In this document: in pieces, positions 23,560 to 38,872 of the stretch
How positions within the stretch are numbered: position 1 is the first letter of the stretch
How the letters are laid out: each line of letters opens with the position of its first letter
Program-made: the position numbers and the translations under genes
Notes under the pieces: generated by a model
Database searches by the model: none
Seen by the model: the letters and a program-made list of their open reading frames with translations, nothing else
What the model was told of the DNA's origin: nothing
Source of the DNA: Isurus oxyrinchus
Taxonomy: Eukaryota
Length of the DNA: 64,000 nucleotides
Direction: 5' to 3'
Assembly: GCA_026770705.1 (NCBI GenBank)
Contig: JANJGN010000026.1
Span: 32,860,001-32,924,000 of the forward strand

Positions 23560-25900
23560 GTGATTGCTGACACAATATGAAACAGGCACTGTCTCAATCA
23601 TTTCTGCACTTAACCCCATCCCTGTTCTTATTAAACTTGACCCTGTGTCTGGATATAATACATTAAGTCATGTCTCTGATCATATTACAACAGGTTGTAT
23701 CTCAGTTGTTTCTGTAATAGGCTCAATCTCAGTTGTTAATGTGCAGGACAAAGGCCATTTTACACTAGACGTTAGAGGCATAGAGATCTACAGTACAGAA
23801 AAGGCCCTTCGGACCATCGAGCCTGCGCCGGTCAGACAAGTACCTAACTATTCTAATCCCATTTTCCAGCACTAGGCCCATAGCCTTGTATGCCATGGCA
23901 TCACAAGTGCACATCCAAATACTTCTTAAATGTTATAAGGGTTTCTGCCTCTACCACCCTTTCAGGCAGTGAGTTCCAGATTACCACCACCCTCTGGGCA
24001 AAAAGGTTCTTCCTCACATCCCGGCTAAACTTCCTGCCCCTTACCTTAAATCTATGCCCCCTGGTTATTGATCCCTCCACCAAGGGGAAAAGTTCCTTCC
24101 TGCCTACCCTAAATATGCCCCTCATAATTTTATACACCTCAGTCATGTCCCCCTTCAATCTCCTCTGCTCCAGGGAAAATAGCCGCAGTCTATCCAATCT
24201 GTCCTCATAACTAAAACTCTCCAGCCCAGGCAACACGCTGGTAAATCTCCTCTGCACTCTCTCTAGTGCGATCACACCCTTCCTACAATGCGGATACCAG
24301 AACTGAATGCAATACTCTAGCTGTGGCCTAACCAGCATTTTATACAGTTCCAGCATAACCTCCCTGCTCTTATATTATATGTCTCGTCTAATAAAGGCAA
24401 GTACCCCATATGCCTCCTTATAAATATACATTCCCTCAGTTATCACTGCATTAAACCATGTCTTGGCTAATATGATAATGGTCCATATCTCAGTTGTTAT
24501 TGCACTAGTAATTGTCTCTGCTTATATGAAACCAGAACATGTTCCTGTATGCATGGCACGAGGCTCTGTCTCAATTATTAGACTTCTAGACTCTACTACG
24601 TTCATACTAAGCTAGGGGATGCTGCACCAGTCTATGTCTCTGTTTAAATCATACGATGCCCTTTCACTTATTATTGCATAATACCGTGTCACGCTCTTAT
24701 TGCTGCACTTGTCCATATCTCTATTTATATTAACCAAGGCCCTGTGACAGGTTCTGTCTCGGTTTATATTAGACAAGGTCCCTAATCAGATAAAACTGCA
24801 GTAGACCCCGTGACAGTTTCCTTCCACTAGATCCTGCCTCAGTTATTACTGAACAAGATCATGTCACTGTTCATACTACACAAGACCTTATCTCTTTTAT
24901 TACTGCACTTGGCACTGCACCAATTTTTATTCCATTAAAGCATGTCCCTGTTTATATTACACTAAATCGCGTCTTTGCTTATATTCTGTTAGACCCTATC
25001 TCAGTTTATATTACACTGGACCCTGTTTCAATTTTATATTACATTAGACCTCATCTCAGTTTATACTACACTGGAGCCAGTCTCGGTTTAAATTACACAA
25101 CAGCCCATCTCTCTTTATATTACACTAGACCCTGTCTCAGTTTATATTACACTAGACCCTATCTCAGTTTATATTATACTAGACATTATCTCTGCTTCTA
25201 GTAAAATAGACACTGTCTTTGTTATTTCTGTGCAGACCATGTCTCTGTTTATATTACACAAGACAAAGTCTGTTATTAGTGCACTAAATCCTGGATCAAT
25301 AATTGCTGATACTAGGCCCAGTCTCGTTTTATATTACTGTACATGCTGCATCAATAATTGGTGCACTCGGCCCCATCTCAGTGTTACTGCATCACATTCT
25401 GACTTTGTTTATGTTGAAATAGATTATGTCTATGATAATATTACACCAGTTCCTGCCTCAGTTATTTCAGTGCTAGGCCTCGTCTCAGTTCCTGAATTCG
25501 GCCGCGGCTCTGGTTGTATGATATACAGTAAAGACTCAGTTATTACTTCTCTGGACCCAATATCCATATGTGCAATGCTAATTTAAATCCTGTCTTAGCT
25601 GTTGCTGTGCTAGTCCATACATCTTATATTACATTCGCCTTGTCTGTTTTTACTTCACTAGATCATGTTTTTGTTTATCTTTCATTGGAGGCAGTCTCAG
25701 TTATCACTGCAACGGACTCTGTCTAGGATGTTATTAATCCATGTCCCGGATCAATCATTACTGTTATTGCCTCAAGAGAGGATTGATTGATATCAGTTGA
25801 TATTAACCCAGGTCCTTATTCAGTGATCAGTGCGCTAACCCTTCCTCAGTTATTACCACACTACGCATGCCTCTGTTATTACTGCATGGGTCTATGTCTC
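23560..25900 (+). repeat. Degenerate 27-bp satellite block, opposite orientation to the main array, interrupted by a CR1 3' fragment (~23770-24420, minus)
   Basis: Units like ctagaccctgtctcagtttatattaca, clearest at 24980-25200. Confidence 0.85.
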
Positions 25901-26428
25901 TGTGAGTTGAAGAGATAATGTTACACATAAAGATGTTGAGGTGGGAATTGTTCTTTGCCATTGTCCTAAAACGGGCGGCTTGGATGGCCCATTCCTTGCA
26001 GCACCTGACAGTTAGTTTCATTTAGTTTCAAGTCAAAGAAATTATATATCCGATAAGGGCAGTTATGTGTGTTGTGTGCAAAAAAAAAAAAATCATGCCT
26101 CTTGCATATGCCGCCATTTCTCAAAGATAAATGATGATCTTCAGCAGACTATTTCAGCATTTAGGTTTTTTTTTACTCAAACTGTAGCTGCAGATGATTT
26201 AATACTCTAAATGTTTATTGATAACATGTTTCATTGTGTACTTTTGTTTAGAAAGTGATGTCACACTGACCTTTTCGTTACTAAAACAGACACTTTTATC
26301 ACCAGACTCAGAATGTCCATTCCCTCTCTGTCTGAGGCAGCATCTAACTCACTGACCCTCGTCTCTCTCTCTTTCTCTGTCTCTCTCTCTCTCCACCCAC
26401 CACCTTGCACCCACCACCAATACCCCCG

Positions 26429-26461
<33 letters not shown>

Positions 26462-28074
26462 CCTCTCTCTCTCTCTGAGAGTCCCGTATTTATTCTGAAT
26501 CTCCTATTATCTAATAACACTCTTTGGAGAAAGTCTTTTTTTTAGTAATTTCCCTTCATTTCTCCCAGTGATAACCTTGAGTCCATTCACGCCTTCAGCG
26601 ATTGTGTTCAAATCCAAAACAATGCATTTATTTTTGTTGTAGATTGTTTATTACTGTGACTATTTATTGATAGCCATTCTGTTGTGTGAGGTTGTTTATG
26701 AAATGATGTCATACTCATTATTTCATTTCTAAGGAAGGTTTACCTGTACCCGATGATCATTTGGAAAGCGGATTAAATCACATCGAGAATAACCTGCAGT
26801 TTATTAAATCACATCGAGAATAACCTGCAGTTTATTAACAAATGATCACCTCAATATCTCACAGAAGCTGCTGATAACCTCGAATGTGTGATGAATTGTG
26901 CAAGTGATGGCAAAAATCAAACTTTACCTACAGCTGACATGAGATTAACACACCTGTAATTCTCCGATGTATTATTCCTGTTGATGGGAAGGTTTGAAAC
27001 CTTAAAAGATTTCAAGATTGGTTCCTCGTAGCTGTCAGATCCCGGCTTTGTGAGTCTGTGCAAGTGAGTTAAGTGAAGTCTGAGAAAGAGAAGAGAGGTT
27101 AACTGATTTCGGTGTAGTCTGAGACAGAAGAAGAGAGTCCTTTGAAAGATTGATTTGCCTTGACAACGGAATTTCCAGCTTGACATTACTTTCCAGAGCA
27201 CGCAAGACAATGAATTACTGACAAATATTTACGGCAGCATAAACAGCATATAGATATATTCTCAATAAACGATCGTAACGTGCTGAAAAATAATTGTAAT
27301 GTCTTTTCCAAGCAATGAAACATGATGTGTTCCAGACGTACCTGCACCCGCAACCATACATACAGCTGCACACATTCACACACACAGACACACACACACA
27401 GAAAAAAACACACACACACAAACATACAAGCACACAGGCACACACACAGTGACACAAACACATGCACACACACACACCTTTCACACACAGGAACAATGGT
27501 TATTAGGAGCCTGCGGCTGCCCATTCGCTTGAGGATGGGGTTTCAGACCCTGTCTCTCACAATCAGTGGCCACTCCAAAAGCAAACAGAAATTTCTATTG
27601 GAAAAGTGAAAAAAATCTGAAAATTAAAGAAAACTGTGAAAAATTGCCACTGATCAACTCAAGTATGAATTAGTCATCTCTAACACAATGCAGTTTGTGA
27701 CCAAGCTGTGCAATGTGCAGTGCAATGTGTTTCACCTTTATTTCTGTTCATCAATCTTATTGGTAAAGAGAATGTTACAAGATTCACCCCAACGTTTCAA
27801 CACAAACATTACACACATGATACTGGTGCAATTAGAAATTGCACACAACGCCTAATAGTTATTAACAAGACTAAACGTATTCCTTCAACCCCTTTTTACG
27901 TGCAGGATATAATAACATTTTTAAAATTAATGCCCATTTGTCCATCTGGCTCTCTCTCTAGCTCTGTCTAGTTAGCAGAGACTTTTCATAATGCAGCAAT
28001 AACTGAGATTCTGTCTAGTGTACTAATAAACGGGATAGGACCTCTATAATATAAGCTGAGGCATAGAAGAGTTT

Positions 28075-31000
28075 AAAGAATAGTCTGGCTAAGTTTCCAG
28101 ATGATACAAAGATAGGTGGAGGGACAGGTAGTATTCAAGAGGCGGGGAGGCTACAGAAGGATTTGGGCAGGTAAGGAGAATGGGCAAAGAAGTGGCAGAT
28201 GGAATACAATGTGGGGAAGTGTGTGGTCATGCAATTTGGTAGGAAAAATAGAGGCATAGACTATTTTCCAAATGGGGAGAGAATTCAGAAATATGGAGTG
28301 CAAAGGTACTTGGTATTCCTAAAACAGGATTCTCTTTAGGTTAACTTGCAGATTGAGTCGGTATTTAGCAAGGCAAATGCAATGTTGGCATTTATTTCGA
28401 GAGGACTAGAATATAAAAGCAGGAATGTGCTGCTGAGGCTTTATAAGGCTCTGGTCAGACCACATTTAGAATATTGTGAGCAATTTTGGGCCCCGTATTT
28501 CAGGAAGGATGTTCTGGCCTTAGAGATGGTCCAGAGGAGTCCACAAGAACTATCCCAGAAATGAAACGCTTAACATATGAGGAACGTTTGAGACTCTGAG
28601 TCTATATTCGATGGAGTTTAGAAGAATGAGGTGGGAATCTGATTGAAAATTATCGAATACTGAAAGGCCTGGATAGAGTGGACGTGGGGAAGATGTTTCC
28701 ATTAGTTGGAGAGACTAGGAGACTAGGCACAGCCTCAGAGTAAAGAGAAGACCTTTTATAACAGAGGTGAGGAGAAACTTCTTTAGCCAGAGAGTGGTGA
28801 ATCTGTGGAATTCATTGCCACAAAAGGCTGTGGAGGCCAGGTCATTGAGTGTATTTAAGACAGAGATAGAAAGGTTCTTGATTGGTAAGGTGATCAAAGG
28901 TTACGGGGAGAAGGCGGGAAAATGGAGTTGAGAAACTTATCACCCATGATTGAATGGCGGAGCAGACTTGATGGGCCAATTGGCCTACTTTCTGCTCTTA
29001 TGGTCTAACAGTACAGTAATGAATGAAGCAGCCTAAACAGCAATATCTCAGAATCATAGAATCTTAACGGCACAGAGGGGGGCCATTTGGCCCATCTTGT
29101 CTGCACCGTCTCTCCAAATGACCATTCTGGCCTAGCACCATTGCCTTGACTTTTCCCTGTACTCTTGCACTTTGTTTCGATTCAAATAGTCATCTCATTT
29201 GAATGCTTCGATTGAACCTGCACCCCTCACACTTCCAGGCAGTGCATTCCAGATCCGAACCATTCGTTGTGTGAAAAGGTTTTTTCTCACGTCACTTTGC
29301 TTATTTTGCAAATCGTTTTAAATCTGTGCCCTTTCGTTCTTGATCCTTTTAGGAGTGGGAACAGCTTCTTCCTCTCTACTCTGTCCAGCCCACACATGAT
29401 TTTGAAAACTTCAATCAAATCTCCTCTCCATGGAACACAGTCCCAATTTCTCCAATCTATCTCATAGCTGAAGTTAAGGTCTAACGAGGGTCTTATATAA
29501 ATTCAGCATAACCTCTCTGCTCTTGTACTCTATGTCCCTATTAATAGAGCTCAGGATACTATATGCTTTATTAACTGCTCTCTCCACCTGTCCTGCCTCT
29601 TTCAATGGTCTGTGCACATATACACCTAAGTTCTTCTGCTCCTGTCCTCCTTTCAAAACTCCACCCCTTATTTTATGTTGTCTGTCCATGTTCCTCCTCC
29701 CAAACTGCATCACCTCACACTTCTCCACATTGAACTTCATCTGCCATCTATCTGTCAAATCCACCAACTTGTCTGTGTCCTCTTGAAGTTCCACACCGTC
29801 CTCGTGGTAGTTCAGGACACTCCCAAGCTTCGTATCATCTGCAAAATTTCAAATTGTCCACTGCATGCCAAGGCCTAGATCGTTGATATCTATCAGTAAA
29901 AGCAAGGGTCCCAATATCAACCCCGAGGGAATTCCACTACAAACCTTCCTCCAGCCCGAAAAACATCCACTGACAATTACCTCCTGCTTCCTTTTTTCTG
30001 CCAATTTTGTATCCACGTTGCGCCTGTCCCTTTTACTCCATGAGCAATAATTTTCTTCACAATTGGTTGTCAGATAAATCCTGATGTAATGTAAATGGAG
30101 ACTTTGTGCAATGCAACTGCAGCTGCCGAATTGTCACTTGCAGTATATATAGAGGCACGGGCTATGTGCATTAATAAATGAAGCATCATATAATGTAATA
30201 TAGACAGACATAGTCTAGTGCAGTAATAACTGAGAAAATGTCAATTGTAGTGTATATAGAGGCATGGACCAGTGCATTAATAAGTTAAACTGCAGATAGC
30301 ATTATATAAACAAATATAGTGCTGAAAGAAAGATAACATAGAAACATAGAAACTAGGAGCAGGAGTAGGACATTCGGCCCTTCGAGCCTGCTCCGACATT
30401 CATTATGATCATGGCTGATCATCCAACTCAATAGCCTGCTCCCGCTTTCTCCCCGTACCCTTTGATCCCTTTCACTCCAAGAGCTATAGCTAACTCCTTC
30501 TTGGAAGCATACAATGTTTTGGTCTAAACTACTTTCTGTGGCAACGAATTCCACAGGCTCACCACTCTCTGGGTGAAGAAATTTTTCCTCACCTCAGTCC
30601 TAAATGGTCCACCCCATATCCGCAGACTGTGACCCCTGGTAAGTAATTGGGAAAGCTGATGGAATGTTATCATTTATTGCCAGTGGAATTGAATACAAAA
30701 GTACGGAAGTTATTCAGTTGTACAGGGCATCAGTGAGACAATGTTTGGAGTACTGTGTACTGTATTTGTCACCTTATTTAATCAGTGATGTAAATGTGTT
30801 GCAAGAGGTTCAGAGAAGGTTTATTAGACTAACACTTGGAATGCGTGCGTTGTCTACTGAGGAATGGTTGGACAGGCTAGGCTTATATCTTCTGGGGTTT
30901 AGAAGAGTAAGAGGTGACTTGACTGAAACATATAAGATCCTGAGGGGTCTTGACAGGCTGGATGTGGAGAGGATGTTCCCTCTTGTGGTAGAATCTAGAA

Positions 31001-31280
31001 CTAGGGCTGGCTGTTTAAAATAAAGGGGTCACCCATGTAAAACGGAGAAGAGGTGAAGTTTTTTCACTCTCAGGCTCATGAGTCTTTGGGACTCTTCCAA
31101 AAAAGGCAGTGGAAGCAGAGCCTTTGAATATTTTTAAGGCAGAGGTGGATAGATTCTTGGTAAACAAGGGGGTGATAGGTTATCGGCAGTAGGCGGGAAG
31201 CAGATTTCAGGTTACTATTAGATCAGCTATGAGGGACTGAATGGCCTACTCCTGCTCCTTGGTCATATGCTCGTGTGTTC
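28075..31280. mobile_element. Cluster of CR1 3' fragments (+ ~28075-29010; - ~29050-30060; - ~30335-30640; + ~30640-31280)
   Basis: LYKALVRPHLEYC, WQMKFNVEKCEVM and RGDLTETYKIL motifs, plus CR1 3' UTRs. Confidence 0.9.
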
Positions 31281-32063
31281 ATATGGTCCAGTACAGTCAT
31301 AACTGAGGCAAGGTCATCAGGTCAAGGATGGTGATAACTGAAGCATGGTTCAGTGTAATATAACGAAACACAAGGTGCAGCAAAATATAAATTAAAACAT
31401 TCTAGTACTACAATGCGAACGGGACAATGGTTAAATGCACTGTCCACAGAAGCAAAGTCTAATGTAGTAATAACTGGCGCAAGATCTAATAATATAAACT
31501 GCAGCAGGGTCAGGTGCATTGATAACTAGGAAAGGACCAATTGCAACACAAGTAGAGATATGGAAGACTGCAGTAATGAATAAGATAGGACCCATTGTAC
31601 TATTAACAGTGACATTCTCCAGTACAACAATAACTAAAGCAAAATGTAACCTAGCATTTACAGCTACAGATGAGGGCATGAAATAAATTAAACAGGGGAT
31701 ATATAGAAATTATTAAAACAGGGCCTTGGTTGACATAAGCTGAGGCAGGGCCCAGTACAGTGACTGCTGATGCACGGCCATGTTTATTATAGACTGAGAC
31801 AGAGCCGAGTATAGTGATGACTGATACGGGGTTTAGATTGATGTAAACTGAGGCACGGTCCAGTTCAGTGATTATTGATGCAGGGCCTGGATTATTATAG
31901 ACTGCTTCAGGGGCTAGTGCAATGATTACTGATGCAGGGTTTAGATTGATGTAAACTGAGACAGGGTCGACTGGAGTGATTACTTTTACAGGCCCGAGAT
32001 TAATGTCAACTGAGGCAGGGTCCAATGCAGTGATTACTGATACAGGGTGTAGATTGATATAAA

Positions 32064-33392
32064 AACAGAAAATGCAGGAAAGACGTCATCCCATTCTTTC
32101 AGTTCCTTCACCTCCTTCTCATCTGTTCCGATGATGCCACTATCCAAAAAAATGCTTCTGACGTGCCTTCCTTCCTCCTTAACCAAGGTTTCCTCCCTAT
32201 GGTGGTTGACAGGGCCCTCAACCGTATCCCACCCACCTCTCACGTCTCTGCCTTCACACATTCCTCTATCTCTCCCAGAATCATGATAGGGTACTCCTTT
32301 TCCTCAACATTTCATCCCACCATCCCCACCTTCAAAGGATCACCCTCCACCATTTCCGCTAACTCCAACATGATGCCACAACCAGAAACATCTTCCCTTC
32401 AACAACCCACCCCCACCCACCCACTCCCGTCAGCATTCCGTAGGGATAGTTCCCTCCAGGACACCCTGGTCCACTGCTCCATTGCACCTAATACATCATC
32501 CACTTCCCATGGCATATTCCCAAGCAGTCACAGACGATGCAACACCTGCCCCTTTACCTCCTCCCTCCTCACCATTCAAGGGCCCAAACATTCCTTTCAG
32601 GTATAGTACCGGTTCATTGCACCTCCTTCAATTTGGCCTCCTGCATTTGCTGCTCCCAATGCATTCTCCACTACATCAGGGAGACCATACACAGACTGGC
32701 AGACGGCTTTGTGGAACACCTTCGGTCTGTCTGGAAGCATGACCTGGACCTTCCTGTCGCTTGCAATTTCAACACACCATCCTGCTCTCATGCCCACATG
32801 TCCCTCTTTGACCGGCTGCAATGTTCCAGTGAAGACTAATGGAAACTGGAGGAACAGAACCTCATCTTCCAATTATGCACTTTACAGCCTTATCCATTTA
32901 TTCACTGTTTTATCCCTTTTTATCCCCTTTTTATTCCTTTTTATACTGTTTTTCCCCAACTAACGCCCCGTCCCCCTACCACACCCCCAAAAGGGCAATC
33001 AGTTACTTGTCGCATGTTGTCCTTTCACAGTGTGCTGATTCTGGCTCTGCTGTTAACACATTCTGCTTTCTTACCTTTAGGACTCTATCAGCACCTACTT
33101 TAGCCTTACCACTACCATTAACACTCCCTTTTTCATTTTGCCTATGATATGTTTGTCAGTGTCACCTTACCCCCACCTATTGCTTGCCTTCTATCCAGCC
33201 TGACCTGCTTCACCCCGCTTAAACAGCAAATGTCATCACATTTTGACTTCTCTTTAGTTCTAAAGAAGAGTCACATGGTCTCAATAAGTTAACTCAGCTT
33301 CTCTCACCACAGGTGCTGTCAGACCTGCTGAGATTTTGCAGCATTTTATGCTTTTCTTTCAGATTTCCAGCATCCACAGTGTTTTGCTTTTA
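32064..33392 (+). mobile_element. Penelope-like retroelement 3' fragment inserted in the satellite
   Basis: RRCNTCPF..GPKHSFQV, CICCSQCILHYIRET..RL.D.FVEHLRSV..LPVACNFN (GIY-YIG region), followed by the terminal repeat. Confidence 0.9.
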
Positions 33393-36300
33393 TCCAGATT
33401 GATATAAACCGGGACAGTGCCCAGTGCAGTGCTTACTGACAGAACCACTAGATTGTCATAAACTGAGACAGGGTCTAGTACAGTGTTTACTGATGCAGGG
33501 TCTAGATTAATGTAAACTGAGACAGACTCATGTGCATCCATTACTGATACAGGGTCTAGTTTATATAAACTGAGGCAGCCCAGAGTGCACTGATTACTGA
33601 CAGAGGATCTTGATTAATATGAACTGAGACAGGGTCGAGTGCAGTGTTCTCTGATGCAGGGTCTTGACCAATATAATTTCAGACAATGTTCAGTGCAGTG
33701 ATTACTGATGTGGGGTCCAAGTTGATATACACTGAGGCGGGCCATAGTGCAGTGCTTATTGATACAGGGTCTAGATCAATGCAAAGTGAGAGTGTCCGTT
33801 GCACTGATTATTGTACAGGGTTTAGATTACTATAAACTGAGATAGGGTCTAGTGCAGTTATCACTGATGCAGGGTCTGAATCAATATAAACTGAGAAAGT
33901 GTTCAGTGCAGTGATTACTGATAAAGGGTCTTGATTAATAAAAACTGAGATGGGGCAAATGCAGTGATTACTGTTACAGGCTCTAGGTTGATGTAAAGTG
34001 AGGCAAGGCATAGTACAGTGAATACTGATACAGGGCCTAGACAAATATAATCTGAGACAGGCTGCAGTGCAGAGATAACTGATACAGGGTCTAGAACAAT
34101 ATAAACTGAGACTGGGTCTAATGCACTGATTACTGTTACAGGGTCCAGATTAATATAAACTGAAACAGGGCCAAGACCAGTGATTACTGACACAGGGTCC
34201 TGATTAAGATGAACTGAGATAGGGCCTTGTGCATTAATTAGTGAAACAAGGTTGGATTTAAATAAAATCAAACAGGTTCTAATGCAATCATTACTGCTGC
34301 AGGGTCTGGACCAATATAAACCGAGACAGTGTCCAGTGCGGTGCTTACTGATACAGAGCCTAGATTGATAAAAAAATTGAGGCATTGCAGAGTGCAGAGA
34401 TTACTGATACAGGATCTAAATTGATATAAACAGAGATAGTGCATATTGCAGTGGTTACTGATATATGGTGTGGCTTATTAGAAATAAGTGCAGTGATTTT
34501 TGGTTCAGGGTGCAGTTATTGTAATCAGAACAGCGGCAAGTGCAGTGATTACTGAAACAGAGCCTTGATCAATATAAACTGAGACAGGCTCTTGTGCAGT
34601 AATTACTGATACACGGTCTGAACGAACAAAAACTGAGACAGGGCCTGATGCAGTGTTCACTGATACAGGACCTAGATGAATATAACTGGGACAGGGGCAC
34701 GGGCAGTGAATACTGCTGCAGAGACTAAAGTAATATATACTGAGTTTCCGTATTGTGCAGTGATTACTGATATAGGGTCTTGGTTAATATGTACTGAGAT
34801 GGGGCCTAGTGCAGTGATTATTGATACAGGGTCTAGATTAATAGAAAGTGAGACAGGTTCGAGTGCAGTGATTACTGATAGAGGGTCTAAATTAATATAA
34901 TCTGAGACAGGGCCCAGATAAATATAAACTAAGACAGGGGCTCGTGCAGTGATTAACGATACAGGATCAGGATCAATATAAACTGAGACAGTGTCATTTG
35001 TTGTGATTACTGATGCAAGATCTAGATCAATATCAACTGAGATAGGGTCCAGTGCAGTGATTACTGATGCAGAGTCTGGATTAATATAAAATGAGACAGA
35101 GCCTAGTGCAGAGATTATTGATACAGGGTCTGGATTAATATAAGCTGAGACAGGGCCTAGTGCAGAGAATACTGATACAGGGTTTTGATTGGTATAAATT
35201 GAGGCAGGGCCTAGTACAGTGATCACAGATACAGGCTCTAAGTAAATATAAACTGAGACAGGGTCTCCTGCAGTGATTACAGGGGTCTAGATTGAAACAA
35301 ACTGAGGCAGGGTATAGAACAGAGATGACTGATACAGGGCCGAAATTAATCTAAATTGAGACAGGGCCTAGTGCAATGATTACTGATACGGGTCTCATTG
35401 AATATAAACTGAGACAGGGTCTAGTGCAGACATGACTAACACAGGACCTAGGTTAATATAAACTGTGACAGGGCCCAGTGCAGTGATTACTGATACAGGA
35501 TCAGGATCAATATAAGCGGAGACAGTGCCATTTGCAGTGATTGATAGAGGGTCTTGATCAATATAATCTGAGACAGTGCCCTTTGCAGTAATTACTGATA
35601 CAGGGTCTAGTTCAATGTAAACTGACACAGGACCTAGTGCAATGTTTATTGATACATGGTCTCAATCAATATAAACTCAGACAATGTCCAGTGCAGTGAT
35701 TACTGATGCAGGATCTAGATTAATATGAACTGAGACATGCTCTAGTGCAGTGACTACAGACACAGGATCTAGATTAATATAAACTGAGACAGTGTCCATT
35801 GCAGTGTTCAGTGATACATGGTCTCAATCAATATAAACTCAGACAATGTCCAGTGCAGTGATTACTGATACAGGGCCGAGATAAATATAAACTGAGAAAG
35901 GGCCTACTGCCATGATTACTGAAACAGAGCCTAGATTAATATAAACAGAGAGAGGCTCAAGTGCAATGATTACTGATATAGGGTTTAAGTTGATATAAAA
36001 TGATGCAGGGTCTAATGCAGTGATTACTGATAAAGGCTCGAGATGAATATGACCCTGAGACAGGGCCTAGTGCCGTGATTTGTGATACAGGGTTGGATTG
36101 ATATAAAATGAGACAGGGCCTAGTGTAGTGAGCACTGACACAGGCTTTAGATTAATATAACAAGAGACAGGACCATTGCAGTGATTACTGATACAGGTTT
36201 TTGGTTAATATGAACTGAGAGAGGGCCTAGTACAGTGACTACTGATAGACGGACCACATTGATATAAACTGAGCCAGGGCATAATGCAGTGATTACTGAT

Positions 36301-38872
36301 ACAGGCTTTAGACTAATATAAACTGAGAAACAGTCCAGTGCCGGGTTTTTCGGTTCAGGGTGCAAATTGTTATAACCAGACCAGGGTCGAGTGCAGTGAT
36401 TACTGAAACAGTATCTAAACCAACATAAACTGAGACAGAGCCTGGTGAAATCTTCACTGATACAGGGCCTATATAAATATAACTGGGACAGGAGATCTTG
36501 CAATGATTATTGCTGCAGGGGCTAAATTAATATAAACTGAGACTGGATCTAGTGCAGTTATTACTGATAGACGGACTCGGCTAATATAAAGTGAGACAGA
36601 GTCTAGCACCGAGATAACTGATATGGGGCCAAGATCAATATAAACTGAGACAGGGTCAAGTGCAATGATTACTGATACAGGTCTAGATGAAAGTCAATTA
36701 AGACAGCGTCTACTGCAGTGAATATTGGTTCCGGGTCTGATTAATATAAACTGAGACAGTGTCTAGTGTAGAGATTACTGATACAGGCTCTAGCTCAATA
36801 TCAACTGAGGCAATGTACAGTGCAGTGATTACTGATGTAGGTTCTAAATCAATATAAACTAAGACAGGGACTAGTGCAGTAATTACTGATAGAGTGTCTA
36901 TTTCATATCAACTGAGGCAGGGCATAGTGCAGTGATAATTGATACAGTACCTAGATTGATAAAAACTGAGGCAGGGCAGAATATAATAAAAACTGATACT
37001 GATAAAGGTCTAGATCAATGTCAACTGAGACAGTATCTAGTGCAGTGATTACTGACACAGGATCTAGATTAATATAAACTGTGATAGGCCCTAGTGCATT
37101 GATTACTGATAGAGGGTCTAGGTTGATATAAAGTGAGGCAAAGACTAGTGCAATGATTGCTCATACAGGTTCTTGATTAATAAAATTTGAATCAGGGCCA
37201 AATGCAGTGATAACTGTTGCGGGGTCTGGATCAATATAAACTGAGACAGTGCCTACTGCAGTGAATATTGACACAGGGTCTTGATTAATAAAACTTGAGA
37301 CGGGGCCAAGTGCAATGATTACTGTTACAGAGTCTAGGTTGATATAAACTGAGACAGGGCCAAGTGCAGTGATTAATGATATAGAGTTTAGATTAATATA
37401 AACTGATGCAGGGTCTGGTGCAGTGATTATTCTTACGGGGTCTTGGTTGTTATAAACTGAGACAGGTTCAAGTGCAGTGATTACTCATAAAGGGTCTAGA
37501 TTAATATGAACTGAGACAGGTCATAGTGCAGTGATTAGTGATACAGGGCCTGGATTAATATAGACTAAGGCAGGGCCAAGTGCAGTGATTGCTGATACAG
37601 GGCCTAGATCCATGTAAATTGGGACAGGTGCTATAGCAGTGATTACTCATAAGGGGTCTGGACTCATATAAACTGAGGCACTCCCTAGTTTTGTCATTAC
37701 TGATACAGGGTGTGGACTAATATAAACTGGGACCGGGTCTAGTGAAGTGATTACTAATGCAGGGTCTAGATTGATATAAACTGAGGCAGGTCATTGTGCA
37801 GTGACTACTGATGCAGGGATGAGATAAATAAAAACTAGGACAGCGGCTAGTGCAGCACTTACTGATACAGGGTCCAGATCAATACAAAGTGAGACTGTCC
37901 ATTGCACTGATTATTATACAGGGTCTAGATTAATATAAATGGAGGTAGGGCCAAGTGCAATAATTACTGATACAGGGTCTGAATCAATAAAAACTGAGAA
38001 AGTGTTCAGTGCAGTGATTACTGATAAATGGTCCTGATTAGTATAAACTGAGACAGAGCCCAATGCAGTGATCACTGTTACAGGGTCTAGGTTTATATGA
38101 AGTGAGGCAGGACATAGTGCATTGAATACAGATACAGGGTCTAGACAAATATAATCAGAGACAGGCTCTAGTTCAGTGATTACTGTTACAAGGTTCAGAT
38201 TAATATAAACTGAGACAGGGTCAAGTGCAGTGATTACTGATACAGGTTCCAGATTAAGATGAACTGAGACAGGGCCTTGTGCATTTATTAGTGATACAAG
38301 GTTGGATTTATATAAAATCAGATAGGCTTTACTGATACAGGGTCTGGATCAGTATAAACTGAGACGGTGTACGGTAAAGTGGCTAATGAAACAGGGTCTA
38401 GATTAATATAAACTGCTGCAGAGCCTAGTGCAGTCATTACTGATACAGAGCCTAGATTGATAAAAAAAACTGAGGCAGGGCATAGTGCAGAGATTACTGA
38501 CACAGTGCCGAGATAAATATAAACTAGGACAGAGGCTAATGTAGTGATTAATGATACAAGATCCAATCAATATAAACTGAGACAGTGTGCAGTGCAGTCA
38601 TTACTAATGCAGGGTCCAGATGAATAGAAACTGAGACAGGTTCTAGTGCAGTGTTTCCTGATATATGGTCTTGATCAATATAAACTCAGAAAACATCCAG
38701 TGCAGTGATTACTAATACAGGGCTGAGATAAATATAAACTGAGACTGGGACTACTGCAGCGATCCCTGTTACAGGGTATAGATTAATATAAACTGAGACA
38801 GTGTCAAATGCATTGATTACTGATAGAGGATCTAGACTGATATGAATTGAGTGCAGATATTACTGATACATG

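Noticed and set aside
27495-27610. TLSLTISG resembling a V-domain E strand
   Set aside because: Single short motif next to a microsatellite, with no other framework.
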